Assembly (NCBI GenBank): GCA_963744995.1
Contig: CAVUWA010000002.1
Span: forward strand, 384,001-448,000
Origin: Candidatus Eiseniibacteriota bacterium
Lineage (GTDB): Bacteria > Eisenbacteria > RBG-16-71-46
DNA length: 64,000 nt
Direction: 5' to 3'
The notes beneath the pieces are model-generated. The model was given only the letters and a program-made list of their open reading frames with translations, was not told the DNA's origin and ran no database searches. Shown piece by piece: positions 18,532 through 28,879 of the stretch (position 1 is its first letter; each line of letters opens with the position of its first letter). A program made the translations under genes and the position numbers.

Positions 18532-21433
18532 CCTGGAACGTCACCGTGCCCGACTCGCCCGGGTCGAGCACGCCGGCGAGGCTCCAGGTGACCGTGCCGC
18601 TCGCGCCGGCCGCGGGCTGTGACGACACGCCGCAGGCCGAGAGTCCGCCGCCGAGATTCCCGCACGAGGCCGACTCGAACACGGTCCACGCCGGCGTCGA
18701 ATCCTGGATCACGATCGCCGAGAGCGGCGCGGCGCCGCTGTTGCGGTAGGTGATGGTGTAGGTCAGCAGGTCGCCGGGGAGCGCGGTCGCCCGGTCCACC
18801 GCCTTGGTGATCTCGAGCGAGCCCGCGCCGTTGGTGGTGGTCACGTCGTCGAGCGCCACCGCACTCGAGAGCGGCGGTGCGGCGCCGGCGTAGTCCATCG
18901 TCGCTTCGACGTGCACGGTCTCGCTCGCTCCGGCGGGCGCGGTGAGCGGAATCACGTGCCGCAGGATCACGCATACGGTCTGGCCGGCGCTCACGCTGAG
19001 CGCGCCGACGATCAACGGCTCGCCCGCATCGAGTTGTCCGTCGCAGTTCAGGTCACGGTAGACGCCGGCGGTCCAGCCGGAGATCGCCGGGCTCGGTGCC
19101 TGCGTGGTCGCGAACGTCACGCCCCCCGCGCTGGCGGCGGTGAAGGTGTGCGGGTGCAGCACGATCGTGCCGGGCACGCCGGTGCGGTTGCCGGCCGGGA
19201 CGAGCTGGTTCTGCGGTACGTCGCCGAACGTCGCGCCGTTCACGATCGCGCCGTTGACCGGGGTGAACGTCAGCGCGTCCGCCGCGCGGTCGTAGGCGCC
19301 GCCGGTCGCGCCCGGGGCGCCGCCGGTCGAGATCCAGCCCGCCGGATCGGTCTCGGCGATCGTCGCCGGCGCGCCGCCGGCGGCGCCGGGCGCCCACAGC
19401 GCCCAGCCGCCGCCGCCGTCGGTGAGCGCGCTGTCGCAGACGCCGCCCGCACACGCCGCGGCCACGAGCCGCACGCGCACGCCGGCGACACCGCTTTCGC
19501 CGCCGTTCGCCGCGCCGTCGTTCGCCGTGCCGCCGCCCGCGCCGTCGTCGCGGATCACGCGGCCCTCGGCGCGGCTGCCGAACCACAGGCCGAAGTTCTC
19601 GTTCGGGAGCGGATTCGAGCCGACGGTCACGCCGGTACGCACTCCGCCGGCCGCTTCGGTGCCGAGGTAGCCCGGCGGATACGCCGGCGTGACGTCGGCG
19701 AGCGTGGGATCGGTGTCGAGGATCAACGCGTAGCTCCCGAACGCGACGAGCCCGAAGGCGTAGACGCCCGAGGCCGGGTCGACGGCGGCTGCGGCCAGGG
19801 CGCTGCCGGGACTCGCGACGGGAACGAGCTTCGCCCACAGGGGAACGCCGGTTCCGGTCTCGGCGCCGTCCCACTGCAGGTTGTGGTTGGCGTCGAGGTA
19901 GGCGCGTCCCGAAAGGCTGGTGCCCACGACGCTGACGTCGGTGCGCTGCGCGCCCGCGGTGAACGTGTCGGCGTCGCTGGCCTCCGACATCGCCAGCATG
20001 AGCCGCGCGGCCACGAACGCGACGCGCGCCTGATTGGAGACCACGCTGCCCGCCGGCACCGGCGAATCGACCCGTACCCGGAAGCGCAACGTCGCCGCCT
20101 CGCCGGGGCCGAGCGTGCCGCCGCCCGCGGCGCCGGCGCCCGTGCCGACGCGAAATACGACCTCGTTCGATGCCGCGACGAATTCGGCCTGATCGTCGCC
20201 GCCGGCGTCGCTCTTCGCGCCGGCGTTGGCGCCGGCCAGGATCGCCATGGAGCCCGCGTCGTAGGTGGTGTTCGCAGGGATCGTGTCGCGCACCACCGCC
20301 GCCTCGGCGGCGTCGCTGCCGGCGTTGTGCACGCGGATCGTGTACTCGAGCACGTCGCCGGGATGGACGTCACCGCCGTTCAGGTCGGTGACGAACTTGG
20401 TGAAGTTGCTGCCGCCGAGGATCGGCACGGCCAGGTCGGTCGAGAACGTCACCACGGTCGGGAAATAGTGGTCGTCGCTCGAGACGAGCTGAATCGTCGC
20501 CGAGGTCGCACCGTTCGGAAGGATCCCCGGCGCCGCGACCCGGTCGATGTCTATGCCGAAGTTGTTGACGTAGTTCGGCGTCTTGGCGGCGACCTGCGCC
20601 CCGAGGTCGCTGATCGAGCTGTTGAAGAAGTTGTCGGGCGGGTTCACGCCGTTGCCGAGCGCCACGCCGTTCAGCAGGAACTGGTCGCCGGGCGTCCACT
20701 GTTCGCCTTCCCACGCGAGCACGCCGAGGTGCGTGTTCACGATGCCGGCCGGCGGTGTCTCCAGTCCGGTCACTGGAATCGTCACCGACGCGCCCGGCAG
20801 CACTTCGGCGAGCCCGTCGAACACGACCAGGTTGCGCCGCGGCTCGGCGAGGTTCCGGTACACGACGACCAGCGACCAGCCGGCGAAGCGCTTCGCACCG
20901 GGCTGCGCCTGTACGTTGGCCACGGTATATGAACCGCTGCCGCCCGCCTGCACCCGTGCCGTGACGTCGGCGAAGCCTTGATAGGTGCCGCCGCTGACGT
21001 CGAGCTGGGTCGCGGAGACCGTCGCGTAACCGGACGCGGGCGTCGCGAGCAGCGCGAGGCTGCGCGCGCCGTTGTTCGAGTCGCCGGACCAGTAGAGCCC
21101 TGCCCACAGGACGGTCGCCCCCGGCGGCAGCGACAGGGTGGCACGGCTCGAATTGAACGTGGCGGGATCCGCGTCGATGTCCACCTGCTGCATCACCCAG
21201 TTGTTGTTGTTGGGATTGCCCGCGCCGTTCTGCGTGGCGGCGCAGTCGGCGTCGCCGCTGCGGCAGGTGGTGAGCGTGTTGCCGATCAGCAGAATGTCAC
21301 CCTGACCGCTCGCGCTGTAGCGTGGCGTGAAGGCGCGGATCACCTGCGCGGCGGCCGGCGGGGCGGCAGCGGTGAGGGACAGTCCCGCGAGCACGACGAG
21401 CGCGGTGCGGAAACGAAGCCGGAGCCGCTTCAT
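18518..21433 (-). CDS. Secreted DUF11/SdrD-B-like multidomain protein (putative tip adhesin)
   Basis: ATG 21433 overlaps the upstream TGA. Signal peptide ...PPAAA|QVIRAF, an N-terminal head domain, a complete DUF11 (FTKFVTD...PGDVLEYTI...RDTIP...SNQA), two SdrD-B-like domains (SGRAYLDANHN, EGRVIRDDG), and a terminal DUF11 ending VTFQVRVE*. Confidence 0.85.
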   Translation of the reverse strand: MKRLRLRFRTALVVLAGLSLTAAAPPAAAQVIRAFTPRYSASGQGDILLIGNTLTTCRSGDADCAATQNGAGNPNNNNWVMQQVDIDADPATFNSSRATLSLPPGATVLWAGLYWSGDSNNGARSLALLATPASGYATVSATQLDVSGGTYQGFADVTARVQAGGSGSYTVANVQAQPGAKRFAGWSLVVVYRNLAEPRRNLVVFDGLAEVLPGASVTIPVTGLETPPAGIVNTHLGVLAWEGEQWTPGDQFLLNGVALGNGVNPPDNFFNSSISDLGAQVAAKTPNYVNNFGIDIDRVAAPGILPNGATSATIQLVSSDDHYFPTVVTFSTDLAVPILGGSNFTKFVTDLNGGDVHPGDVLEYTIRVHNAGSDAAEAAVVRDTIPANTTYDAGSMAILAGANAGAKSDAGGDDQAEFVAASNEVVFRVGTGAGAAGGGTLGPGEAATLRFRVRVDSPVPAGSVVSNQARVAFVAARLMLAMSEASDADTFTAGAQRTDVSVVGTSLSGRAYLDANHNLQWDGAETGTGVPLWAKLVPVASPGSALAAAAVDPASGVYAFGLVAFGSYALILDTDPTLADVTPAYPPGYLGTEAAGGVRTGVTVGSNPLPNENFGLWFGSRAEGRVIRDDGAGGGTANDGAANGGESGVAGVRVRLVAAACAGGVCDSALTDGGGGWALWAPGAAGGAPATIAETDPAGWISTGGAPGATGGAYDRAADALTFTPVNGAIVNGATFGDVPQNQLVPAGNRTGVPGTIVLHPHTFTAASAGGVTFATTQAPSPAISGWTAGVYRDLNCDGQLDAGEPLIVGALSVSAGQTVCVILRHVIPLTAPAGASETVHVEATMDYAGAAPPLSSAVALDDVTTTNGAGSLEITKAVDRATALPGDLLTYTITYRNSGAAPLSAIVIQDSTPAWTVFESASCGNLGGGLSACGVSSQPAAGASGTVTWSLAGVLDPGESGTVTFQVRVE

Positions 21434-24400
21434 CGTCCCGTTCCCACGCGGCCGAACAGCGACTCGTCGAACTTCGCGCGCAGGCGCAGGTAGAACCCGG
21501 CGCGCAGGTAGTCCTCGGTCGGCAGATCCGGGTCCTCGTAGCCGAACCGGTTCCAGCCGGCCGACAGCCACACGCCGCCGCCGAGCATGCGGCCGACCTC
21601 GAGCCCGAGGCCGTCCTGACGGTCCGCGAAATCGTTCACGAACAGCACGCTGCCGCTGACGCCGGCGTCCCAGTCGCGATCGAAGTCCCACGTCCAGCGG
21701 CCGTGCAGCCACTGTGCGGTCGAGCGCACGGTGAGGCCGTTCTCGCGTTCGGAGACGACCTTGCCGGCCCAGGCGAATGCGCCGTGCGCCGCGGGCTCGA
21801 TCGGGCCGCCCGCGTGCAGCGACAGTACGTTCGCCGTGCGCCGTCCACGGCCTTCCAGCGGTGAAGAGGTGCCGTCGAGGCGCAGCTCGTAGCGGCCGAG
21901 CAGATCCCACGCGGTCGCGTTCGGCTGGCGGAACGCGACGCCGAACTGCAGCCAGTCGCGCGAGGTGCGGTGCGCGCCGCTCTCGTCGGCGAAGTGGACC
22001 ATGTTGCGGGCGAGCGCCGTCCAGTCCTCGTCGAGCCGCGCGGCCACCGCGAGCGTGCCGAGCACGCTGCGTGAGTCGCTGGCGCGGCGCATCTCCAGAC
22101 GCGCCGACGACTTCACGTCGGCGTCGTCGGTGCTTTCGATCGCGCCGGTCACGGCCATGGACGGCCGGCCCGTGCCGGAGGAGAGCGGCGCGACGCGTTC
22201 GAACGTGGTGCTGACGCGCACGCCGTCGGCCGCACGCCACAGATGGCGCAGACCCACGGCGACTTCGGCTTCGCGCTCGAGCAGCGCGTCCTCGGCACGC
22301 AGCTCGCCGAATACGTGCGCGTCGCGCGCGACGTCGGAGTCCACCCCGATCACCGACGCCAGGCGGCGTTGCGTGTCGTTGAGCGTGTAGGCGCCGCCGA
22401 AGCTGGCGCTCCACTCCTGCCGGGCGTAGAGCCGCCCGATCCGGTCGAAGCGGTATTCGCCGCCGAGCGCCACCAGCCGCCGTCCCGCGCTCATCATGTC
22501 CTGCTCGTACTCGGTGTAGGCGCTCATCGCCGGGAAGCGACGCGGCTGCCCGGTGAGCTTCATGCGCAGGGCGACCAGGCCGAGCGTGTCGGAGCCGCCG
22601 GCCCCCGCGCCGGCCGCGAAGCGCGTGCCGATCTCGGCGCGCAACGACGGCGTCACCGCCTGATCGAAGCCGAGCAGCAGGCCGCCGAGCCTCCCGCCGC
22701 CCGCGGCGGCCGAATAGCGCGCGTCGGCCGTCAGCCGCGCGCCCGAGCCGAGCCGCCAGCGCATGCGGCCCAGCGCTTCGCGGCGCCCGCTCGCAAAACC
22801 GGAATAGGGATTGTCGAAGGTCGAGTCGGTGATCGCGCCGATCAGCTCGCCGGTGAGATTCGGCGCCTCGTGGTGCAGCTCGAAGCGGCTGCCGCCGCCG
22901 AACGTGCCGCCGAGGGCGCGCGTGGAAGCGTACTCGCCCTCGACGCGCGTGAACGGGCCGAGCTTCGCGCCGAGGAACGCGCCGCGCAGTTCGGACACCG
23001 CCGCCGGATCGTGGTCGTCCACGTAGGTGCCGCCGACCTCGAGCGCGTCGGTCACGTGGACCCGCGCTTCGCCGCCCGACACCCAGAAGGCGTCACCGCC
23101 GTCTTCGCGCGCATACGCCACGCGGATCGAGACCGGGTTGAGATCGGCATCGAAGCCCGGCACCGGCGACTTGAACGTGAGCCGTCCGGTGAGCGGTTCC
23201 AGCTGGTAGTCCGTGAAGCGCGAGCGCGGCGTCACGCTGAGCACGATGCCCGGCTGGTCGCGGTCGCGTACCACGATCTCGACCTGTTCGCTGTTCTCGA
23301 TCAGGGGCGCGCCGGAGAGCGTGTAGGGGCCCGAGACACCGAGCCCGCGCAGCTCCTCGACGCTGCGGCGCGAGCGCTCGCGCGAGCTGAACGCCTCGAC
23401 CCGCAGGTGCGCGTTCTCGAAGTGCTGCTGGACGCCGGTGAGGCTGCGGCGGTAGCCGGCGAGCGCGCGCGGCCCGCCGCCGGTGCGCGTGACGAAGTCG
23501 CCGTACAGCGTGGAGGCGCCGCCGTGATCCACGCGCGCGTAGAGTGCGCCGGTGGTGCGCGCCTCGAAGCCACGCAGCGACGCGTCGCCGTAGACGGGGT
23601 AGTAGGCATCCGGCTGGATGTCGCGCGAACGTGCGAGTCCATCGGGCCGGTCGGAGTCGTAGCCGAGCGTGACGTGGATGTCGTCGCGGATGCGTCCCTT
23701 CATGAACAGCGCGCCGCGCGCCGCGGCGGACGCGCGGCCGTCGCGGCGTTCGCTGCGGAACGCCTCCATCGGCGCTTCGAAGCTGCTTCGCCTCCGCTCG
23801 GCCGTCGAGAAGCCCCGCGAGAGATGGTCGAGCGACACCACGCCTTCGAACGTGCCGACCGCGAGGAACGGGCGGAACGCGGACACGAACGAGATGACGC
23901 TGGCCGTGCGCACCGGGCCCGCGCTCGCCTCGAGGGTGACGCGCCCGGGCTCGGCAGGCGGTGTGAACGGCAGCCGCGCCGCGCCGCCGCGCACCGCGAC
24001 CTGCACGCCCGGGGTTTGCGGGTCGAGGTCGGCCGCGAGCCATTCGCCCGCGCTCGCCGTCAGCGTCACGCGCGTGAGGTCCGGCACCGGCAGCCCGTGC
24101 CGATCGAGGGCCCGCACCCGCACGGCGACGGCCGCGGCCTGCTCGAGCGTCGGCGGCGCATCGAACTCGAGTCGCGCGAGCGGCCCCGGGGCGACGATCG
24201 TGACCTCGGCATGACCGAACGGCCGGCCCTCGGGATCCTGCTGCGCGAGCTCGATGCGGTTCTCGCCCGGGGCGAGCGCGACGCCGATGTATTCGCGCAG
24301 CTCGATGCCGAGGTCGTTGCGCGTCGCGGCGCGGCCGACCCGCGATTCGGGCACGATCTCGCCATTACGCATGAGCACGAAGCCGAATCCGGCGCGCCCC

Positions 24401-26100
24401 TTCACGGTCAAACGGATCTGCCCGGCGAGCACGGTGTCGCGCGGCGCGAGGCCCACGAAGCCGGGCGCGGGATCGGTGAGGTCCATCACGTCCACCGGCC
24501 GCGGCGGAGCGGTGTCGAGTGCAGGTGAGGCCGCCGAGTCCCGGACGGCGGCGCCGATGCCCTGGATCTCTTTCGGGGCGAGCTCCGGCGGCGCGCTGTT
24601 CGAGCCGGCGCCTTCCGTGCCGTACCAGCCCGCGGCCGGGCGAGCGCGCAGGTCGGTGCCGGTGACCGGCGTGGTCTCGCGCGGCAGTTCGCTGCGCACC
24701 GCGCGTGTGAGTTCGGCGCCGCGGCCGGCGATCATGCGCGGATCGCGCGGCTTTGCGGCGGGCGGTTGCGTGGTGTCGGGCTGCACGGCGAAGTCGGCGC
24801 GTGCCATCTCGCCGCGCTGCAGGTCCACGAAACGCAGGGAGGGCATGTCGCCCTGGCGATGATCGGTCGCGAGCGGCTGCGCGCCCGCGGGCAGGGTCGA
24901 GGTGTCGAGCTTGAGCGCGTGCGTGCGCGGCGCCAGCCCGTAGAAGCTGTACTGGCCGTCGCGGTCGGTGAGCGCGAAGGTTCCGTCGTCCAGGTAGAGG
25001 CGCACGCCGGCGAGGCCGTGATCGCCCGCGCCGCGGCGCCCGTCGCCATCGGCATCGGCGTACACGGCACCGAGGATGCTGCCTTCTTCGGCGAACACCC
25101 CGCCGAGCACGGTGACGCGCGCCGAGGCCCGGTTCGACGTCGCGCCGCCGCCCGCGCCCCACGCCGTGTTGAGCGCGTCGCCGCGCGGTGCGCCGCTGCC
25201 GATGCGTACGCGATAGCGCACCTCGGCGACGGCCTGCGGATCGAGCGGCCCGGCGTCGAATACCAGGTGCGGCCCGGCGCCCCCTGCGGGATCGGCGATG
25301 CGTCCCCCGCCCGCGAACGCGGTGCCGGCGACGTAGGCGAAGCCCGGCGGCAGATCGTCGGTGACCGCGAGCGTGGTGAGCGCGCTGTCCGAGCGGTTGG
25401 CGATCCGGACACTGTACTCGAGCACGTCACCCGGCTCGGCGTACCGGCGCGAGGCGGTCTTTTCGGCGAACAGCGTGACGTCCGTCGCGGGCGGCGCGGC
25501 GGCGACGTACACCGTGTCGGTGTTCATGGCGAGCGCGCCCTGGGTGAGACCGGTCGCGGTGAGCCGCACCAGCGCCGGGCCGGGCGGCGTGAGGCCGGCC
25601 GGCACCGAGACGTTGAGCAGCAGGTCGAGCGCTTCGCCCGCAGCGACCTGCAACGTGTCGCCGGGGCCGATCGTGATTTCGCCGCTGCTCTCGAGGCCGT
25701 CACGATTGCCGTCGAGCGTGAGGGTCAGCAGCCCCGCATCGAAGCCGTCGCCGGCGAGGTTGGCGACGTCGAAGCGCACGGAGGTCGCGACGTTGCCGGT
25801 GTTGACGAGCCGGTGCGCGAGGCTCGCGGCCGTGCCCGGGGCGATGGTGACCGACTGCGAACGTTCGAGACGCAGCGTCTCGACCGGCTGCACCAGCGCG
25901 CGCACGGTGTCGGAGAAGGTGCTGAACGAACCGCCGGAGGGGTGTACCGCGGTGGCTTCCGCGGAATTGTCGACGGGCGTGCCGGCCGGCGGCGCCGCGC
26001 CCGCGGGTGCCGCGAGACACACGAAGGCCCCGATCAGCCAGGCCGTGATGTTTCGGCCTGCCCGTCGAGGGCCGCAGCGCGTCCGCGGGGTCGAATGCAT
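21430..26100 (-). CDS. Large outer-membrane protein: N-terminal Ig/DUF11 and SdrD-B-like domains plus a C-terminal beta-barrel
   Basis: Signal peptide; DUF11 (AEKTAS...PGDVLEY...TDDLP...LNTA); SdrD-B-like (GAVYADADGDG...GVRLYLDDG...TDRDGQYSF); YPVYGDAS motif; long amphipathic strand region ending FYLRLRAKFDESLF. Confidence 0.8.
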   Translation of the reverse strand: MHSTPRTRCGPRRAGRNITAWLIGAFVCLAAPAGAAPPAGTPVDNSAEATAVHPSGGSFSTFSDTVRALVQPVETLRLERSQSVTIAPGTAASLAHRLVNTGNVATSVRFDVANLAGDGFDAGLLTLTLDGNRDGLESSGEITIGPGDTLQVAAGEALDLLLNVSVPAGLTPPGPALVRLTATGLTQGALAMNTDTVYVAAAPPATDVTLFAEKTASRRYAEPGDVLEYSVRIANRSDSALTTLAVTDDLPPGFAYVAGTAFAGGGRIADPAGGAGPHLVFDAGPLDPQAVAEVRYRVRIGSGAPRGDALNTAWGAGGGATSNRASARVTVLGGVFAEEGSILGAVYADADGDGRRGAGDHGLAGVRLYLDDGTFALTDRDGQYSFYGLAPRTHALKLDTSTLPAGAQPLATDHRQGDMPSLRFVDLQRGEMARADFAVQPDTTQPPAAKPRDPRMIAGRGAELTRAVRSELPRETTPVTGTDLRARPAAGWYGTEGAGSNSAPPELAPKEIQGIGAAVRDSAASPALDTAPPRPVDVMDLTDPAPGFVGLAPRDTVLAGQIRLTVKGRAGFGFVLMRNGEIVPESRVGRAATRNDLGIELREYIGVALAPGENRIELAQQDPEGRPFGHAEVTIVAPGPLARLEFDAPPTLEQAAAVAVRVRALDRHGLPVPDLTRVTLTASAGEWLAADLDPQTPGVQVAVRGGAARLPFTPPAEPGRVTLEASAGPVRTASVISFVSAFRPFLAVGTFEGVVSLDHLSRGFSTAERRRSSFEAPMEAFRSERRDGRASAAARGALFMKGRIRDDIHVTLGYDSDRPDGLARSRDIQPDAYYPVYGDASLRGFEARTTGALYARVDHGGASTLYGDFVTRTGGGPRALAGYRRSLTGVQQHFENAHLRVEAFSSRERSRRSVEELRGLGVSGPYTLSGAPLIENSEQVEIVVRDRDQPGIVLSVTPRSRFTDYQLEPLTGRLTFKSPVPGFDADLNPVSIRVAYAREDGGDAFWVSGGEARVHVTDALEVGGTYVDDHDPAAVSELRGAFLGAKLGPFTRVEGEYASTRALGGTFGGGSRFELHHEAPNLTGELIGAITDSTFDNPYSGFASGRREALGRMRWRLGSGARLTADARYSAAAGGGRLGGLLLGFDQAVTPSLRAEIGTRFAAGAGAGGSDTLGLVALRMKLTGQPRRFPAMSAYTEYEQDMMSAGRRLVALGGEYRFDRIGRLYARQEWSASFGGAYTLNDTQRRLASVIGVDSDVARDAHVFGELRAEDALLEREAEVAVGLRHLWRAADGVRVSTTFERVAPLSSGTGRPSMAVTGAIESTDDADVKSSARLEMRRASDSRSVLGTLAVAARLDEDWTALARNMVHFADESGAHRTSRDWLQFGVAFRQPNATAWDLLGRYELRLDGTSSPLEGRGRRTANVLSLHAGGPIEPAAHGAFAWAGKVVSERENGLTVRSTAQWLHGRWTWDFDRDWDAGVSGSVLFVNDFADRQDGLGLEVGRMLGGGVWLSAGWNRFGYEDPDLPTEDYLRAGFYLRLRAKFDESLFGRVGTGR

Positions 26101-26176
26101 GGCGGATTCGCCACCCTGCCGGAGGCCGTCCGAAGACGGCCCCCGGCGCAGGCGACGTGGATGACAGCTCCGATCG

Positions 26177-28798
26177 TTACGGGTCGATGCGCACGCCGAA
26201 CGTGATCACCACCGACGCGCCCGGCGCCAGTGTTCCCACGGCGGCCGAGATCGATCCGGTGGCGCCGTTGGCCGGCGTGGTGATCGTGCCGGCCGTCGTC
26301 GATGCCGGCACCGCGTTCGAGTACGTGGTGTTCGCCGGCGTCGCGTCGTCCACGACGACGTTCGTCACCGAAGCCGTGCCCACGTTGGTCACGGTGATCT
26401 CGTACCTGAGACACGCCCCCGGTACGGCGCCCGCGGTGATGTTCGCGGTGCCGTAAGCCCCATCCGGGATGCCGTCACAGTTGCCGTCGAGCACCTGCCG
26501 CTTCACGACCTGCAGCTGGCCGTTCAGCACCGTCGAGTTGTCCGTGGCCGAGACGGGCGCAGGGACCACGGACGCGTACCCGATGTTGGTGGTCGTCGCC
26601 GTGACCGTCGTGAGGTTCACCTGGCCGACCGGTGCGCCCGCCGGGGCGAACACGCGCGCGAAGATCCGTATGGTGGCCCCCGGCGCCAGGCCGCCGATCG
26701 AGGACAGGTCCACGATCGCCGCGTCCGCGCCGTCGAAGATGCCGTTGTTGTTGCTGTCGACGTACAGGACGGACGACCAGCCGGCCTGGTTGTCGGCGGT
26801 GGTCAGCGCGACCACGCTGCCCGTGCCGTCGCCTTCCAGCACGTTGCCGGTGTTGGCGAGCAGATGCGTGTAGGTGACCGCGCCGCCCGGCGCCACCGAC
26901 GCCGAGTTGTTCGGCACCAGCGTGAGCGAACGGACCGGGTTCACCGACACCGCGTCGTGGATCCGGTCGAGCGCCCCGGACACCGGCGAGCGGCCGCGGA
27001 AGTACAGGTCGAAGGTTCCGGGCGCGAAGCCGGCGGGCACGGACACGTCGGCATAGACGAGCACGTTGCCACCGGCGGGCACGTTGCCCGTGTTGGTGAT
27101 CACCACATTGCCGGCGTCACGGAACGTCACGTTCCAGCCGGCCGGCAGGACGAGCGTCGCGAACGACGCGTCGGTGCTGGCGGCGAGGTCGTAGTTGTCC
27201 GCGACCGCGCTCGTATTGTTGACGTACAGCGTGAAACGGGTGGTCGTCCCCGGTGCCGTGGCGTTGGTCACCACCGCGCCCGCCTCCGGACCGGCGCCGG
27301 CGCCCGGCGCGCCCGGCAGGGCCGCGTTGTTGGTGACGTCCACCGAACTCGCGGTGATGGCCGTGAGGATGTCGGTCGCGACCGCCGTCTGGCCCGGGTC
27401 GGTGAAGGAGGTCGCCGTCTTCGCGATCTGGTACGGCCCGCCCGTGGCTCCCGGCGGCAGCGCCACGCGCAGCACGATCGTCATGGAGGCGCCCGCGGCC
27501 AGCGGGCCGCTGTCCGGCGTGCCGTTGCCGTTGGTGTCGGTGAGCGGCGTGACGCCGTCGCTCTGGTAGAGCGTGTAGCTCGCGCCGGCGGGGAACGTGC
27601 TGCCGCCGAGCGTGACGTCGAACACGTCCGAACCGTTGCCGGTGTTGGTGAGCGTGTTCGTGAACGCCACCGTCGCGCCCTGCAGCGCCGACGCCACCGT
27701 CTGACCGGTGAACGTGAGCGAGGCGGCCTGGAGCACCGTGAACGGCGTGCCGTTGGTGATGAACGGGCCGACAGGGCCGGAGCCGTCGTCGTACTGGTAC
27801 GAGGCGATGTTGGTGATCGTCTGCGGCGTGAGACCCGGATCCACGTTCACCTGGAACGTGATCGTTCCGGAGGCGCCCGCCGGAATCTGATTGATCTGAG
27901 CCGCGACGTTGTTGGGCAGCGACACACCGAAGTCGTAGATGACGGTGTTCGGCGCGGTGCCCTGCGCGTCGGCGTTGTTGGCATCGGTGAGCGCCGTCGC
28001 GCCCGTGACGCTCCAGCGCCCCGAGCTCGGCACATAGGTCATGCCGAGCGGGATCGCGTCGGTGAAGATCACGTTCGTCGCGGTGGCGTTGCCGGTGTTG
28101 TTGTAGGTGATCGTGTACGTATACGGGCCGCTCGGCGACGGGCCGGCCGGCTGATCGATGGACTTGGTGACGTTCAGCACCGCGTTGCCCGACACCGTCA
28201 CCGCGTCGGTGTTGAACGCGGTCTGGGCGTTGTCGAACACGCTCGTCGCGGTGATCGTCGCCTGCGCGACGTCGCCGGCGACCTGGACCCCGGGCACGTT
28301 GCCGACGACCACGAACCGGAACTGCGCGCCCGCGGCGAGCGACCCGGTCGAGTTGATCGGCGTGAAGTTGTCGGGCACGCCGTCGCCGTTGGCGTCCGCA
28401 TAGATCACGAGCCCGGCGAGGTCGAAGTCATCGCCGCCGAGGTTGGCCGGCGCGAGCGTGAAGTCGTCCGCGCCGTTGCCGGTGTTGGTGAGGGTGTGCG
28501 GGAACGTGGCCTGGCCGCCCGGGGCGGAGATCACGCTGCCGTCGGCCGTGAGCGTGAAGCTGGCGACCTGCTGGACGATCGTCGTGACCAGATTCGACGT
28601 CGCGGTGCGCGTCGTGCTGGTCGCGTCGAGGTACGTGGCCGTGGCCTGGTTGCCGATCGTGGTGCCGGCAGGAGGCGCGGCGGCCGCGTGGCCGACGAAC
28701 GCCACGGCGGCGAGCATCGTGAGGCCGACCAGGGCCGCGCGACGCGCAGAGACGAACCGACGCGGGGCGTCGGCCCAGACGAGGGGAATCATGGGCAT
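26177..28798 (-). CDS. Secreted tandem Ig/DUF11-repeat protein (putative major fibre subunit)
   Basis: Signal peptide ...GHAAA|APPAGTTIGNQA; repeated LTNTGN..D Ig units; internal complete DUF11; C-terminal DUF11 ending VITFGVRIDP*. The start may be 28792. Confidence 0.88.
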   Translation of the reverse strand: MPMIPLVWADAPRRFVSARRAALVGLTMLAAVAFVGHAAAAPPAGTTIGNQATATYLDATSTTRTATSNLVTTIVQQVASFTLTADGSVISAPGGQATFPHTLTNTGNGADDFTLAPANLGGDDFDLAGLVIYADANGDGVPDNFTPINSTGSLAAGAQFRFVVVGNVPGVQVAGDVAQATITATSVFDNAQTAFNTDAVTVSGNAVLNVTKSIDQPAGPSPSGPYTYTITYNNTGNATATNVIFTDAIPLGMTYVPSSGRWSVTGATALTDANNADAQGTAPNTVIYDFGVSLPNNVAAQINQIPAGASGTITFQVNVDPGLTPQTITNIASYQYDDGSGPVGPFITNGTPFTVLQAASLTFTGQTVASALQGATVAFTNTLTNTGNGSDVFDVTLGGSTFPAGASYTLYQSDGVTPLTDTNGNGTPDSGPLAAGASMTIVLRVALPPGATGGPYQIAKTATSFTDPGQTAVATDILTAITASSVDVTNNAALPGAPGAGAGPEAGAVVTNATAPGTTTRFTLYVNNTSAVADNYDLAASTDASFATLVLPAGWNVTFRDAGNVVITNTGNVPAGGNVLVYADVSVPAGFAPGTFDLYFRGRSPVSGALDRIHDAVSVNPVRSLTLVPNNSASVAPGGAVTYTHLLANTGNVLEGDGTGSVVALTTADNQAGWSSVLYVDSNNNGIFDGADAAIVDLSSIGGLAPGATIRIFARVFAPAGAPVGQVNLTTVTATTTNIGYASVVPAPVSATDNSTVLNGQLQVVKRQVLDGNCDGIPDGAYGTANITAGAVPGACLRYEITVTNVGTASVTNVVVDDATPANTTYSNAVPASTTAGTITTPANGATGSISAAVGTLAPGASVVITFGVRIDP

Positions 28799-28879
28799 CT
28801 CCCTGTAGCTCAGAGAAGGGTTCTCATGGACGGCCGCCCGCTCGTGCGGCGCGGCCGGATGTTCGAATCGAAGGACCTG

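Noticed and set aside
21434..22414. N-terminal extension of the 18518-22414 ORF
   Set aside because: It overlaps the barrel gene in another frame. The true start is ATG 21433, which has a signal peptide and an ATGA overlap.
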